From Eledone cirrhosa (taxonomy: Eukaryota): a stretch of 64,000 bases of DNA. The position numbers and the translations under genes were made by a program. Under the pieces are notes generated by a model that did not search any database, was not told where the DNA came from, and worked only from the letters and a program-made list of their open reading frames with translations. The stretch is from positions 37,076,001 to 37,140,000 of the forward strand of contig OZ024758.1 of the NCBI GenBank assembly GCA_964016885.1, written 5' to 3'. Below, piece after piece: positions 15,001 to 27,287 of this stretch; positions within the stretch are counted from its first letter, which is position 1; each line of letters begins with the position of its first letter.

Positions 15001-18000
15001 ATTCAGTTAAGTTCATGGTGTTAGTTGTCAGAAGTAACTCCACTGTTGGTGAGAATTCATTTAAATCATGGTATTAGTTGTCAGAAGTAACTCCAATGTT
15101 GGTGAGAATTCATTTAAGTTCATGGTACTAGCTGTCAGAAGTAACTCCACTGTTGGTGAGAATTCATTTAAGTTCATGGTATTAGTTTGTCAGAAGTAAC
15201 TCCACTGTTGGTGAGAATTCATTTAAGTCATGGTATTAGTTGTCAGAAGTAACTCCAATGTTGGTGAGAATTCATTTAAGTTCATGGTACTAGCTGTCAG
15301 AAGTAACTCCACTGTTGGTGAGAATTCATTTAAGTTCATGGTATTAGCTGTCAGAAGTAACTCCACTGTTGGTGAGAATTCATTTAAGTCATGGTATTAG
15401 TTGTCAGAAGTAACTCCAATGTTGGTGAGAATTCATTTAAGTTCATGGTACTAGCTTTTAGAAGTAACTCCACTGTTGGTGAGAATTCATTTAAGTTCAT
15501 GGAATTAGCTGTCACAAGTAACTCCACTGTTGGTGAGAATTCATTTAAGTCATGGTATTAGCTGTCAGAAGTAACTCCAATGTTGGTGAGAATTCATTTA
15601 AGTCATGGTACTAGCTCTCAGAAGTAACTCCAATGTTGGTGAGAATTCATTTAAGTTCATGGTACTAGCTGTCAGAAGGAACTCCACTGTTGGTGAGAAT
15701 TCATTTAAGTTCATGGTATTAGCTGTCAGAAGTAACTCCACTGTTGGTGAGAATTCATTTAAGTCATGGTATTAGCTGTCAGAAGTAACTCCAATGTTGG
15801 TGAGAATTCATTTAAGTTCATGGTATTAGTTGTCAGAAGTAACTCCACTGTTGGTGAGAATTCATTTAAGTTCATGGTACTAGCTGTCAGAAGTAACTCC
15901 ACTGTTGGTGAGAATTCAGTTAAGTTCATGGTGTTAGTTGTCAGAAGTAACTCCACTGTTGGTGAGAATTCATTTAAATCATGGTATTAGTTGTCAGAAG
16001 TAACTCCAATGTTGGTGAGAATTCATTTAAGTTCATGGTACTAGCTGTCAGAAGTAACTCCACTGTTGGTGAGAATTCATTTAAGTTCATGGTATTAGTT
16101 TGTCAGAAGTAACTCCACTGTTGGTGAGAATTCATTTAAGTCATGGTATTAGTTGTCAGAAGTAACTCCAATGTTGGTGAGAATTCATTTAAGTTCATGG
16201 TACTAGCTGTCAGAAGTAACTCCACTGTTGGTGAGAATTCATTTAAGTTCATGGTATTAGCTGTCAGAAGTAACTCCACTGTTGGTGAGAATTCATTTAA
16301 GTCATGGTATTAGTTGTCAGAAGTAACTCCAATGTTGGTGAGAATTCATTTAAGTTCATGGTACTAGCTTTTAGAAGTAACTCCACTGTTGGTGAGAATT
16401 CATTTAAGTTCATGGAATTAGCTGTCACAAGTAACTCCACTGTTGGTGAGAATTCATTTAAGTCATGGTATTAGCTGTCAGAAGTAACTCCAATGTTGGT
16501 GAGAATTCATTTAAGTCATGGTACTAGCTCTCAGAAGTAACTCCAATGTTGGTGAGAATTCATTTAAGTTCATGGTACTAGCTGTCAGAAGGAACTCCAC
16601 TGTTGGTGAGAATTCATTTAAGTTCATGGTATTAGCTGTCAGAAGTAACTCCACTGTTGGTGAGAATTCATTTAAGTCATGGTATTAGCTGTCAGAAGTA
16701 ACTCCAATGTTGGTGAGAATTCATTTAAGTTCATGGTATTAGTTGTCAGAAGTAACTCCACTGTTGGTGAGAATTCATTTAAGTTCATGGTACTAGCTGT
16801 CAGAAGTAACTCCACTGTTGGTGAGAATTCATTTAAGTCATGGTATTAGCTGTCAGAAGTAACTCCAATGTTGGTGAGAATTCATTTAAGTTCATGGTAT
16901 TAGTTGTCAGAAGTAACTCCACTGTTGGTGAGAATTCATTTAAGTCATGGTACTAGCTGTCAGAAGCAACTCCACTGTTGGTGAGAATTCATTTAAGTTC
17001 ATTGTATTAGCTGTCAGAAGTAACTCCACTGTTGGTGAGAATTCATTTAAGTCATGGTATTAGCTGTCAGAAGTAACTCCAATGTTGGTGAGAATTCATT
17101 TGAGTCATGGTACTAGCTGTCAGAATTAACTCCAATGTTGGTGAGAATTCAGTTAAGTTCATGGTATTAGCTGTCAGAAGGAACTCCACTGTTGGTGAGA
17201 ATTCATTTAAGTTCATGGTATTAGCTGTCAGAAGTAACTCCACTGTTGGTAAGAATTCATTTAAGTTCATGGTACTAGCTGTCAGAAGTAACTCCAATGT
17301 TGGTGAGAATTCATTTAAGTTCATGGTACTAGCTGTCAGAAGTAACTCCACTGTTGGTGAGAATTCATTTAAGTTCATGGTATTAGCTGTCAGAAGTAAC
17401 TCCACTGTTGGTGAGAATTCATTTAAGTCATGGTATTAGCTGTCAGAAGTAACTCCATTGTTGGTGAGAATTCATTTAAGTCATGGTACTAGCTGTCAGA
17501 AGTAACTCCACTGTTGGTGAGAATTCATTTAAGTTCATGGTATTAGCTGTCAGAAGGAACTCTACTGTTGGTGAGAATTCATTTAAGTTCATGGTATTAG
17601 CTGTCAGAAGTAACTCCACTGTTGGTGAGAATACATTTAAGTTCATGGTACTAGCTGTCAGAAGTAACTCCACTGTTGGTGAGAATTCATTTAAGTTCAT
17701 GGTACTAGCTGTCAGAAGGAACTCCACTGTTGGTGAGAATTCATTTAAGTTCATGGTATTAGCTGTCAGAAGTAACTCCAATGTTGGTGAGAATTCATTT
17801 AAGTCATGGTACTAGCTGTCAGAAGTAACTCCACTGTTGGTGAGAATTCATTTAAGTTCATGGTATTAGCTGTCAGAAGCAACTCCACTGTTGGTGAGAA
17901 TTCATTTAAGTTCATGGTATTAGCTGTCAGAAGTAACTCCACTGTTGGTGAGAATTCATTTAAGTTCATGGTACTAGCTGTCAGAAGTAACTCCAATGTT

Positions 18001-20966
18001 GGTGAGAATTCATTTAAGTTCATGGTATTAGCTGTCAGAAGTAACTCCACTGTTGGTGGGAATTCATTTAAGTTCATGGTATTAGCTGTCAGAAGTAACT
18101 CCACTGTTGGTGAGAATTCATTTAAGTTCATAGTACTAGCTGTCAGAAGTAACTCCACTGTTGGTGAGAATTCATTTAAGTTCATGGTATTAGTTGTCAG
18201 AAGTAACTCCACTGTTGGTGAGAATTCATTTAAGTCATGGTATTAGTTGTCAGAAGTAACTCCAATGTTGGTGAGAATTCATTTAAGTTCATGTTTCTAG
18301 CTGTCAGAAGTAACTCCACTGTTGGTGAGAATTCATTTAAGTTCATGGTATTAGCTGTCAGAAGTAACTCCACTGTTGGTGAGAATTCATTTAAGTCATG
18401 GTATTAGCTGTCAGAAGTAACTCCAATGTTGGTGAGAATTCATTTAAGTTCATGGTACTAGCTGTCAGAAGTAACTCCACTGTTGGTGAGAATTCATTTA
18501 AGTTCATGGTACTAGCTGTCAGAAGGAACTCCACTGTTGGTGAGAATTCATTTAAGTTCATGGTATTAGTTGTCAGAAGTAACTCCACTGTTGGTGAGAA
18601 TTCATTTAAGTTCATGGTACTAGCTGTCAGAAGTAACTCCACTGTTGGTGAGAATTCATTTAAGTTCATGGTACTAGCTGTCAGAAGGAACTCCACTGTT
18701 GGTGAGAATTCATTTAAGTTCATGGTATTAGCTGTCAGAAGTAACTCCACTGATGGTGAGAATTCATTTAAGTTCATGGTACTAGCTGTCAGAAGTAACT
18801 CCAATGTTGGTGAGAATTCATTTAAGTTCATGGTACTAGCTGTCAGAAGTAACTCCACTGTTGGTGAGAATTCATTTAAGTTCATGGTACTAGCTGTCAG
18901 AATTAACTCCACTGTTGGTGAGAATTCATTTAAGTTCATGGTATTAGCTGTCAGAAGTAACTCCACTGTTGGTGAGAATTCATTTAAGTTCATGGTACTA
19001 GCTGTCAGAAGTAACTCCAATGTTGGAGAGAATTCATTTAAGTTCATGGTATTAGCTGTCAGAAGTAACTCCAATGTTGGTGAGAATTCATTTAAGTTCA
19101 TGTTACTAGCTGTCAGAAGTAACTCCACTGTTGGTGAGAATTCATTTAAGTCATGGTATTAGCTGTCAGAAGTAACTCCAATGTTGGTGAGAATTCATTG
19201 GAGTCATGGTACTAGCTGTCAGAATTAACTCCAATGTTGGTGAGAATTCAGTTAAGTTCATGGTATTAGCTGTCAGAAGTAACTCCAATGTTGGTGAGAA
19301 TTCATTTAAGTCATGGTACTAGCTGTCAGAAGTAACTCCACTGTTGGTGAGAATTCATTTAAGGTCATGGTATTAGCTGTCAGAAGGAACTCTACTGTTG
19401 GTGAGAATTCATTTAAGTTCATGGTATTAGCTGTCAGAAGTAACTCCACTGTTGGTGAGAATACATTTAAGTTCATGGTACTAGCTGTCAGAAGTAACTC
19501 CACTGTTGGTGAGAATTCATTTAAGTTCATGGTACTAGCTGTCAGAAGGAACTCCACTGTTGGTGAGAATTCATTTAAGTTCATGGTATTAGCTGTCAGA
19601 AGTAACTCCAATGTTGGTGAGAATTCATTTAAGTCATGGTACTAGCTGTCAGAAGTAACTCCACTGTTGGTGAGAATTCATTTAAGTTCATGGTATTAGC
19701 TGTCAGAAGCAACTCCACTGTTGGTGAGAATTCATTTAAGTTCATGGTATTAGCTGTCAGAAGTAACTCCACTGTTGGTGAGAATTCATTTAAGTTCATG
19801 GTACTAGCTGTCAGAAGTAACTCCAATGTTGGTGAGAATTCATTTAAGTTCATGGTATTAGCTGTCAGAAGTAACTCCACTGTTGGTGAGAATTCATTTA
19901 AGTTCATGGTATTAGCTGTCAGAAGTAACTCCACTGTTGGTGAGAATTCATTTAAGTTCATGGTACTAGCTGTCAGAAATAACTCCACTGTTGGTGAGAA
20001 TTCATTTAAGTTCATGGTATTAGTTGTCAGAAGTAACTCCACTGTTGGTGAGAATTCATTTAAGTCATGGTATTAGTTGTCAGAAGTAACTCCAATGTTG
20101 GTGAGAATTCATTTAAGTTCATGTTTCTAGCTGTCAGAAGTAACTCCACTGTTGGTGAGAATTCATTTAAGTTCATGGTATTAGCTGTCAGAAGTAACTC
20201 CACTGTTGGTGAGAATTCATTTAAGTCATGGTATTAGCTGTCAGAAGTAACTCCAATGTTGGTGAGAATTCATTTAAGTTCATGGTACTAGCTGTCAGAA
20301 GTAACTCCACTGTTGGTGAGAATTCATTTAAGTTCATGGTACTAGCTGTCAGAAGGAACTCCACTGTTGGTGAGAATTCATTTAAGTTCATGGTATTAGT
20401 TGTCAGAAGTAACTCCACTGTTGGTGAGAATTCATTTAAGTTCATGGTACTAGCTGTCAGAAGTAACTCCACTGTTGGTGAGAATTCATTTAAGTTCATG
20501 GTACTAGCTGTCAGAAGGAACTCCACTGTTGGTGAGAATTCATTTAAGTTCATGGTATTAGCTGTCAGAAGTAACTCCACTGTTGGTGAGAATTCATTTA
20601 AGTTCATGGTACTAGCTGTCAGAAGTAACTCCAATGTTGGTGAGAATTCATTTAAGTTCATGGTACTAGCTGTCAGAAGTAACTCCACTGTTGGTGAGAA
20701 TTCATTTAAGTTCATGGTACTAGCTGTCAGAATTAACTCCACTGTTGGTGAGAATTCATTTAAGTTCATGGTATTAGCTGTCAGAAGTAACTCCACTGTT
20801 GGTGAGAATTCATTTAAGTTCATGGTACTAGCTGTCAGAAGTAACTCCAATGTTGGAGAGAATTCATTTAAGTTCATGGTATTAGCTGTCAGAAGTAACT
20901 CCAATGTTGGTGAGAATTCATTTAAGTTCATGTTACTAGCTGTCAGAAGTAACTCCACTGTTGGTG
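1..20966. repeat. Satellite DNA array, 54-bp monomer (53- and 55-bp variants), ~390 copies in window, with higher-order repeats; continues beyond window start
   Basis: Uninterrupted tandem ATGGTAYTAGCTGTCAGAAGTAACTCCAMTGTTGGTGAGAATTCATTTAAG(T)TC with an EcoRI site in almost every monomer; ends abruptly at ...ctgttggtgg/aaatgac. Confidence 0.99.
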
Positions 20967-21548
20967 GAAATGACTTGTTTTCTACATTGATAACCATGAC
21001 TATGAAAATATGATTAAATCCAATTTATTTGATAACCATGACTTGTTTTCTAATTAACTTAAATTTGTTTTCTAATTTGGCCCTTTTAAGGGCCACCGAT
21101 AATTTCATTTAAGTAACTCCACTTACATCGATATGCTTTAATAAAAAATATTAAAAAACGTGTGAAAAAAAAAAATTTCATTTATTTAACTCCACTTTCG
21201 CGTGGTAGTAATACGGAAATAAATGATGTTTTGCTTTAAACGACTGCTTTCGACTGACAGCGTTGTAGTGCCAAATTTTATTGATTCAGTAGTTTCATTT
21301 TCATATTCATAATTAAAATTTCATTTGTGACATTTGAACTCAATACTTGATCGATCATCCTGTAGAGATGAGTTGCCCGGGACAGACAGTTGAGAGAGAT
21401 GGATCTAAATTTATGTATAGGAAACATGATGGTAGAAGTTTAGGGTTTCTCTGTAGGACCAGGTACTCGTATTGTAACCGATAGCAGTCATAGCCTCCCG
21501 TACCATGGTAAACCATAGTTACAACTTTGTCGACCTCAAACACCCCAC

Positions 21549-22335
21549 ATCATCATCATCATCATCATCATCAGGTTTAGCGTCCGTGTTCCACGCTTGC
21601 ATGGGTTTGGACGGGGGTTTTCCCACTTGAGGCAAGAGTGGTTGTCTTGCTCGCATAGGACTGTCTGGCGGGTTTTCTACGGCTGGATGCCCTTCCTAAC
21701 ACCAACCACATTTACAGTGTGGGGCTGGGAGGTTTTTACCGTGTTACCTACACGGCCACATTACAGCGTGGACTGTCTGGCGGGTTTTCTACAGCTGGAT
21801 GCCCTTCCTAACACCAACCACATTTACAGTGTGGGGCTGGGAGGTTTCTACCGTGTTGCCTACACGGCCACATTACAGCGTGGACTGTCTGGCAGGTTTT
21901 CTACAGCTGGATGCCCTTCCTAACACCAACCACATTTACAGTGTGGGGCTGGGAGGTTTTTACCGTGTTGCCTACACGGCCACATTACAGCGTGGACTGT
22001 CTGGCGGGTTTTCTACAGCTGGATGCCCTTCCTAACACCAACCACATTTACAGTGTGGGGCTGGGAGGTTTTTACCGTGTTGCCTACACGGCCACATTAC
22101 AGCGTGGACTGTCTGGCGGGTTTTCTACAGCTGGATGCCCTTCCTAACACGAACCACATTTACAGTGTGGGGCTGGGAGGTTTTTACCGTGTTGCCTACA
22201 CGGCCACATTACAGCGTGGACTGTCTGGCGGGTTTTCTACAGCTGGATGCCCTCCCTAACACCAACCACATTTACAGTGTGGGGCTGGGTGGTTTTTACC
22301 GTGTTGCCTACACAGCCACATTTACAGCGTGGACT
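21549..22335 (-). mobile_element. RTE-type retroelement 3' UTR fragment with (GAT)n tail, containing a 112-bp tandem amplification
   Basis: (CAT)n at 21549-21572, then sequence sharing ggatgcccttcctaacaccaacc / ttacagtg motifs with the reverse complement of the RTE 3' UTR at 55600-55933. Confidence 0.75.
21657..22335. repeat. 112-bp minisatellite, ~6 copies
   Basis: Unit ggactgtctggcgggttttctacagctggatgccc...cattacagcgt; ORF starts recur every 112 bp (21799, 21911, 22023, 22135, 22247). Confidence 0.95.
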
Positions 22336-22535
22336 CTGTGTTTTTTTTTGTCGTGACACCTACACGATCTCATTTATCCACAGAAACCCTGTGGAGGGCA
22401 GCTGGGGGCTTTACAAAGTGAAATTCTGAACCGTGAGACGAACAAACGATGCACTTTTTGGCACTTGCGTTGTGGAAATCCTTTGGTGCCAAGCTATTGA
22501 AGAAAACATCTTCAGTAATATTATAGATACAACAT

Positions 22536-22721
22536 AGGGCGGTGGATTGGCAGTATCGGTAGAGGGTCGGACGCCATGCTTTCCAGCATAGTTACGTCCC
22601 TTTACGATCTGAGTTCAAATCCCGCCGAGGTTGACTTTGCCTTTCATCTTTACGGGGTCGATAAAATAAAGTACCAGTAATGCACTGGGTAATTGCTGGC
22701 CTTGTGCCTAAAGTAGAAACA
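22536..22721 (+). mobile_element. Full-length tRNA-derived SINE with 16-bp target-site duplication
   Basis: A-box-like tggcagtatcgg, B-box-like gagttcaaatccc, core gcctttcatc...ggggtcgataaaataaagtaccag; TSD attatagatacaacat at 22520-22535 and 22722-22737. Confidence 0.9.
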
Positions 22722-22881
22722 ATTATAGATACAACATTATTATGATGTATAATAGATACTTTGGAATATTAGAATTGAGGTTTCTTATTTACTTTTCAGC
22801 TTATTTAGAAAAATAAAAAATAATTTAACGTGGGAAAGTTGAAGATAACCAAATATAGACCACGTATATGTATATATATAT

Positions 22882-24085
22882 CTAGGGTGGGTAAAATTCC
22901 CGAGATCCATGGACGAGTTCTCTCCAGCGGTCTCTGTCCCTCATTATCGCTGCCATGCCTTGCGTCTCCAACAGACCAGTGTCTGTCCTTAGGGCATCAA
23001 CATACGTTAACCTTGGTCTTCCTCTTCCTGTGTGTCCATGTAGGGGCTCCCACAGGAACACTGAGTGCAATGTCAACTCTGGATGCCGGTGAGCATGTCC
23101 AGCTAACCTCAGTCTCCCTCTTCCAGTGTGTCTATGTAGGGGCTCCCAAAGGAGCACTGAATGCAATGTAAACTCTGGATCTCGGTGAGCATGTCCAGTT
23201 AACCTCAGTCTTCCTCTTCCAGTGTGTCCATGTAGGGGCTCCCACAGGAGCACTGAATGCAGTGTTACCTCTGGATGTCGGTGAGCATGTCCAGCTAACC
23301 TCAGTCTCCCTCTTCCAGTGTGTCCATGCAGGGGCTCCCACAGTAGCACTGAGTGCAGTGTCAACTCTGGATGTCGGTGAGCATGTCCAGCTAACCTCAG
23401 TCTCCCTTTTCTAGTGTGTCCATGTAGGGGCTCCCACAGGAGCACTGAATGCAGTGTTACCTCTGGATGTCGGTGAGCATGTCCAGCTAACCTCAGTCTC
23501 CCTCTTCCAGTGTGTCCATGTAGGGGCTCCCACAGGAACACTGAGTGCAATGTCAACTCTAGATGTCGGTGAGCATGTCCAGCTAACCTCAGTCTCCCTC
23601 TTCCAGTGTGTCCATGTAGGGGCTCCCACAGGAGCACTGAGTGCAGTGTCAACTCTGGATGTCGGTGAGCATGTCCAGCTAACCTCAGTCTCCCTTTTCT
23701 AGTGTGTCCATGTAGGGGCTCCCACAGGAGCACTGAATGCAGTGTTACCTCTGGATGTCGGTGAGCATGTCCAGCTAACCTCAGTCTCCCTCTTCCAGTG
23801 TGTCCATGCAGGGGCTCCCACAGGAACACTGAGTGCAATGTCAACTCTAGATGTCGGTGAGCATGTCCAGCTAACCTCAGTCTCCCTCTTCCAGTGTGTC
23901 CATGCTGGGGCTCCCACAGGAGCACTGAGTGCAGTGTCAACTCTGGATGTCGGTGAGCATGTCCAGCTAACCTCAGTCTCTTTTGTGTCACTTTTGAGCT
24001 GACTTTTGGGATGCTCCCGTACAGCTCTGAGTTTTTCATCCTCAGTGTATACTGATTAATGTTCAGAGACATCCTCACCATTCTC
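22882..24085 (-). mobile_element. RTE-group LINE ORF C-terminal fragment with ten in-frame 96-bp tandem copies
   Basis: RLRLAGHxxRH...LLWEP.HG..GRGRPRLTYVD.L..DTG...M.DR..WR is the typical RTE C-terminus; 32-aa unit repeated 10 times; flanked by (TA)/(CA) repeats. Confidence 0.88.
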
Positions 24086-24092
24086 ATGTGTG

Positions 24093-24122
<30 letters not shown>

Positions 24123-24123
<1 letters not shown>

Positions 24124-24870
24124 CTATATTATAACAGAGAAAGCAAGCTTCGCTAACATCAATTTTTTGTACATGGATGTCATAAAGATCTTTCTGTGTG
24201 TGTGTTGTGTGCTCAGTTTGCGCATGCGCCACATCCGGGTGTCTGTGTGTGTTTGTGTTCATTTATCTATTTGTTTATTTATTTACATGTTGTTGGTTGG
24301 TTGTTTGTTCTATGTGTGTGTGTGTTTTCATTTTGTCCTTAATTGTAAGTTGTGATGATGCTGTTCCACTCATATTTTCTATTTAATTTTGGTTGTAATT
24401 CTTTTATGTTTATTGCCTCTGTAATTTGTCTAAACATTGCATCTTTTCTGTGTGTAGATTCTATTTTTATTTCTATGTTCTCTAATTTACCCTTGTGTTC
24501 TATCTTAGCATGTTGGTAGAGTACAGATGATTCTTTATTATCTTGAAGGTCTCGCCAGTGTTCATTTATCCGTTCCCCTATACTACGAGCTGTCTCACCT
24601 ATGTACACTATATTTTTGTTTCTACATTGTCCTTCAGTACATCTTATGCTATACACTACATTTCTAGTTTTACAGTTAATATGGGGGCTTATTTTACAGG
24701 TTATACATTTCTTATCTATACATGAGGGTCTTTGGAACGGGTATGTCTTGCTAATAAGTGTTTTTACGGAGGTACGGAGGTACCAGGTACCTCCGTAAAA
24801 ACACTTATTAGCAAAACACTTATTAGCAAGACATACCCGTTCCAAAGACCCTCATGTATAGATAAGAAAT
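24123..24870 (-). mobile_element. Penelope-like element 3' fragment: GIY-YIG endonuclease plus 3' UTR, with 5' fold-back
   Basis: ORF 24339-24845: CKT.NVVYSIRC...YIGETARSIGERINEH...LYQH...H...R.ITEA..IKELQPKLN; inverted repeat 24707-24870 at the truncation point. Confidence 0.88.
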
Positions 24871-25348
24871 TAAGGCAATCCTGTGTCGTGTGCTAAGGGT
24901 GCACGCGAGTAAAAGTCCGAATAAGGGGAGTAAAAAGTACATGGATGTATAGAGGTAGAGTACGTGGAAAGACATTAATACAGCAAACAAAGATGTGAAG
25001 ATATAGATAAACAAACAATAGTCGTTGTCTAGTAAATGTAGAGTTCAAGACGCAGGAGAAATACAATATAGTTCAGGTTGCGGTATTTATGTTCCCAGGG
25101 GGAGATATTCCAGTGACGTGTGCTAAGGGCACACGCGAGTAAAAGTCCGAATAAGGGAAGTAGAAAGTACTTATGCTCCCATCCCTTTTTGTTTTCATTT
25201 ATCTGACCGGTAGTAGCATACTATAAAATTTAGCCACGTCACTCCAGGGCGACCGGCTGAGGTTGAAGGAACAGAATAGCGGTCGCCCTCGGGTCTCGAT
25301 TTTCAGCCCCATGGATTTTACCTATTACATTCACGTATTATATTTCGA

Positions 25349-25406
25349 ATACCTGATGATATCACCGGATTCATACGGAACCCGGTCATTGAAATGATCA
25401 TAGTAT
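25349..25406 (+). ncRNA. Minimal type I hammerhead ribozyme motif (family A)
   Basis: atac-CTGATGA-[tatcaccgg...ccggtcatt]-GAAA-tgatca-TA-gtat then AATAAA; stem I atac/gtat; palindromic stem III. Confidence 0.8.
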
Positions 25407-25590
25407 AATAAACCTTTCAAGGATTTACACAAATCCAGCCTCCTGTCATTTCATTATAATATTTAACTCCGTAAAACAAAGACAGTTGAACTGCTTCACG
25501 TTGAGTACTCTCTATATTATTGCATTACGATTGACCATACGGAATAGACCAGCTCTATACAGTGGTGAACCTCATACCTGAATAAATATA

Positions 25591-25664
<74 letters not shown>

Positions 25665-25792
25665 ATGTAGGAGGTGAGTTTTATTGTAGTACAATAAAGC
25701 AATGCAGATATCGGTTAAGAAGCACTCTACAGTTTGTAGGACTGGAGTATACATAATATAAGATCAAAAGATGGTTAAAGGAGTTCCATGTA

Positions 25793-25859
25793 TTTTATTA
25801 TGCGCATTTCAAAAACAAACATCATCATGCAATAATATTTGTGTTTTCATCAGATAAAA
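25793..25859 (-). ncRNA. Hammerhead ribozyme motif (family B)
   Basis: Reverse complement of 25987-26053. Confidence 0.8.
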
Positions 25860-25986
25860 CAGGAGAACATGATATGAAGACTAAAAAACACTTGTGGATA
25901 GTGCAGTTTTAAATCAACATATGATATGTTGATTTAAAACTGCACTATCCACAAGTGTTTTTTAGCCTTCATATCATGTTCTCCTG

Positions 25987-26053
25987 TTTTATCTGATGAA
26001 AACACAAATATTATTGCATGATGATGTTTGTTTTTGAAATGCGCATAATAAAA
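25987..26053 (+). ncRNA. Hammerhead ribozyme motif (family B)
   Basis: ttttat-CTGATGA-[aaacacaaatatt...gatgtttgttttt]-GAAA-tgcgca-TA-ataaaa; stem I ttttat/ataaaa; palindromic stem III. Confidence 0.82.
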
Positions 26054-26085
26054 TACATGGAACTCCTTTAACCATCTTTTGATCT

Positions 26086-26994
<909 letters not shown>

Positions 26995-27130
26995 TTTTGA
27001 ATTTATGTTGGTTGTATACCAACACCTCAGTATGCAGGCTGGAGCACTCAACGAAGGTTTGGTTACTCCGAAGTAGTGGAAAATAAAGTTAAATAAAGGG
27101 TCAAATGATTAAAATTTAGCTTCGTTTATT

Positions 27131-27185
27131 ATTGCTATATATATTTCAGTGACAGCCATCTTTGGCTGTGACCTCTTCAGGCAGT
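27131..27185 (-). ncRNA. Hammerhead ribozyme motif (family C, one stem I mismatch)
   Basis: Reverse complement of 27233-27287 with gcagt>gcaat. Confidence 0.72.
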
Positions 27186-27232
27186 TTGAATTAGTATGGT
27201 ATAGACAACTTGTCTATACCATACTAATTCAA

Positions 27233-27287
27233 ACTGCCTGAAGAGGTCACAGCCAAAGATGGCTGTCACTGAAATATATATAGCAGT
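27233..27287 (+). ncRNA. Hammerhead ribozyme motif (family C)
   Basis: actgc-CTGAAGA-[ggtcacagcca aaga tggctgtcact]-GAAA-tatata-TA-gcagt then AATAAA. Confidence 0.83.

Larger units (their letters stand above)
25666..26093. mobile_element. Non-coding Penelope-type terminal repeat (family B) with fold-back palindrome 25753-26093
   Basis: ~170-bp arms around a 1-nt centre (25923); bounded by (TA)n; same sequence recurs at 44105-44360, 57143-57447, 62480-62784. Confidence 0.8.

Noticed and set aside
1-20966. CRISPR array or ribozyme-bearing satellite
   Set aside because: No unique spacers or cas genes; the monomer has CTGACAG rather than a CUGANGA...GAAA core on either strand
1-21013. Many 18-aa-repeat ORFs on both strands (MVLAVRSNSTVGENSFKF / MNLNEFSPTVELLLTAST)
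   Set aside because: Consequence of a 54-bp stop-free monomer; frames are broken arbitrarily by 53/55-bp variants; no gene context
21220-21290. C/D box snoRNA (atgatgt...ctga)
   Set aside because: Imperfect C box, no terminal stem, no recognisable guide
21366-21462. Possible AG...GT bounded exon
   Set aside because: Weak polypyrimidine tract and no recognisable protein similarity
22536-22630. tRNA gene
   Set aside because: A/B boxes belong to a SINE head; no cloverleaf; flanked by a TSD
24130-24200. Possible hammerhead at the 3' end of the first Penelope fragment (minus strand ctttatga...gaag)
   Set aside because: Both core boxes deviate; at best a decayed remnant
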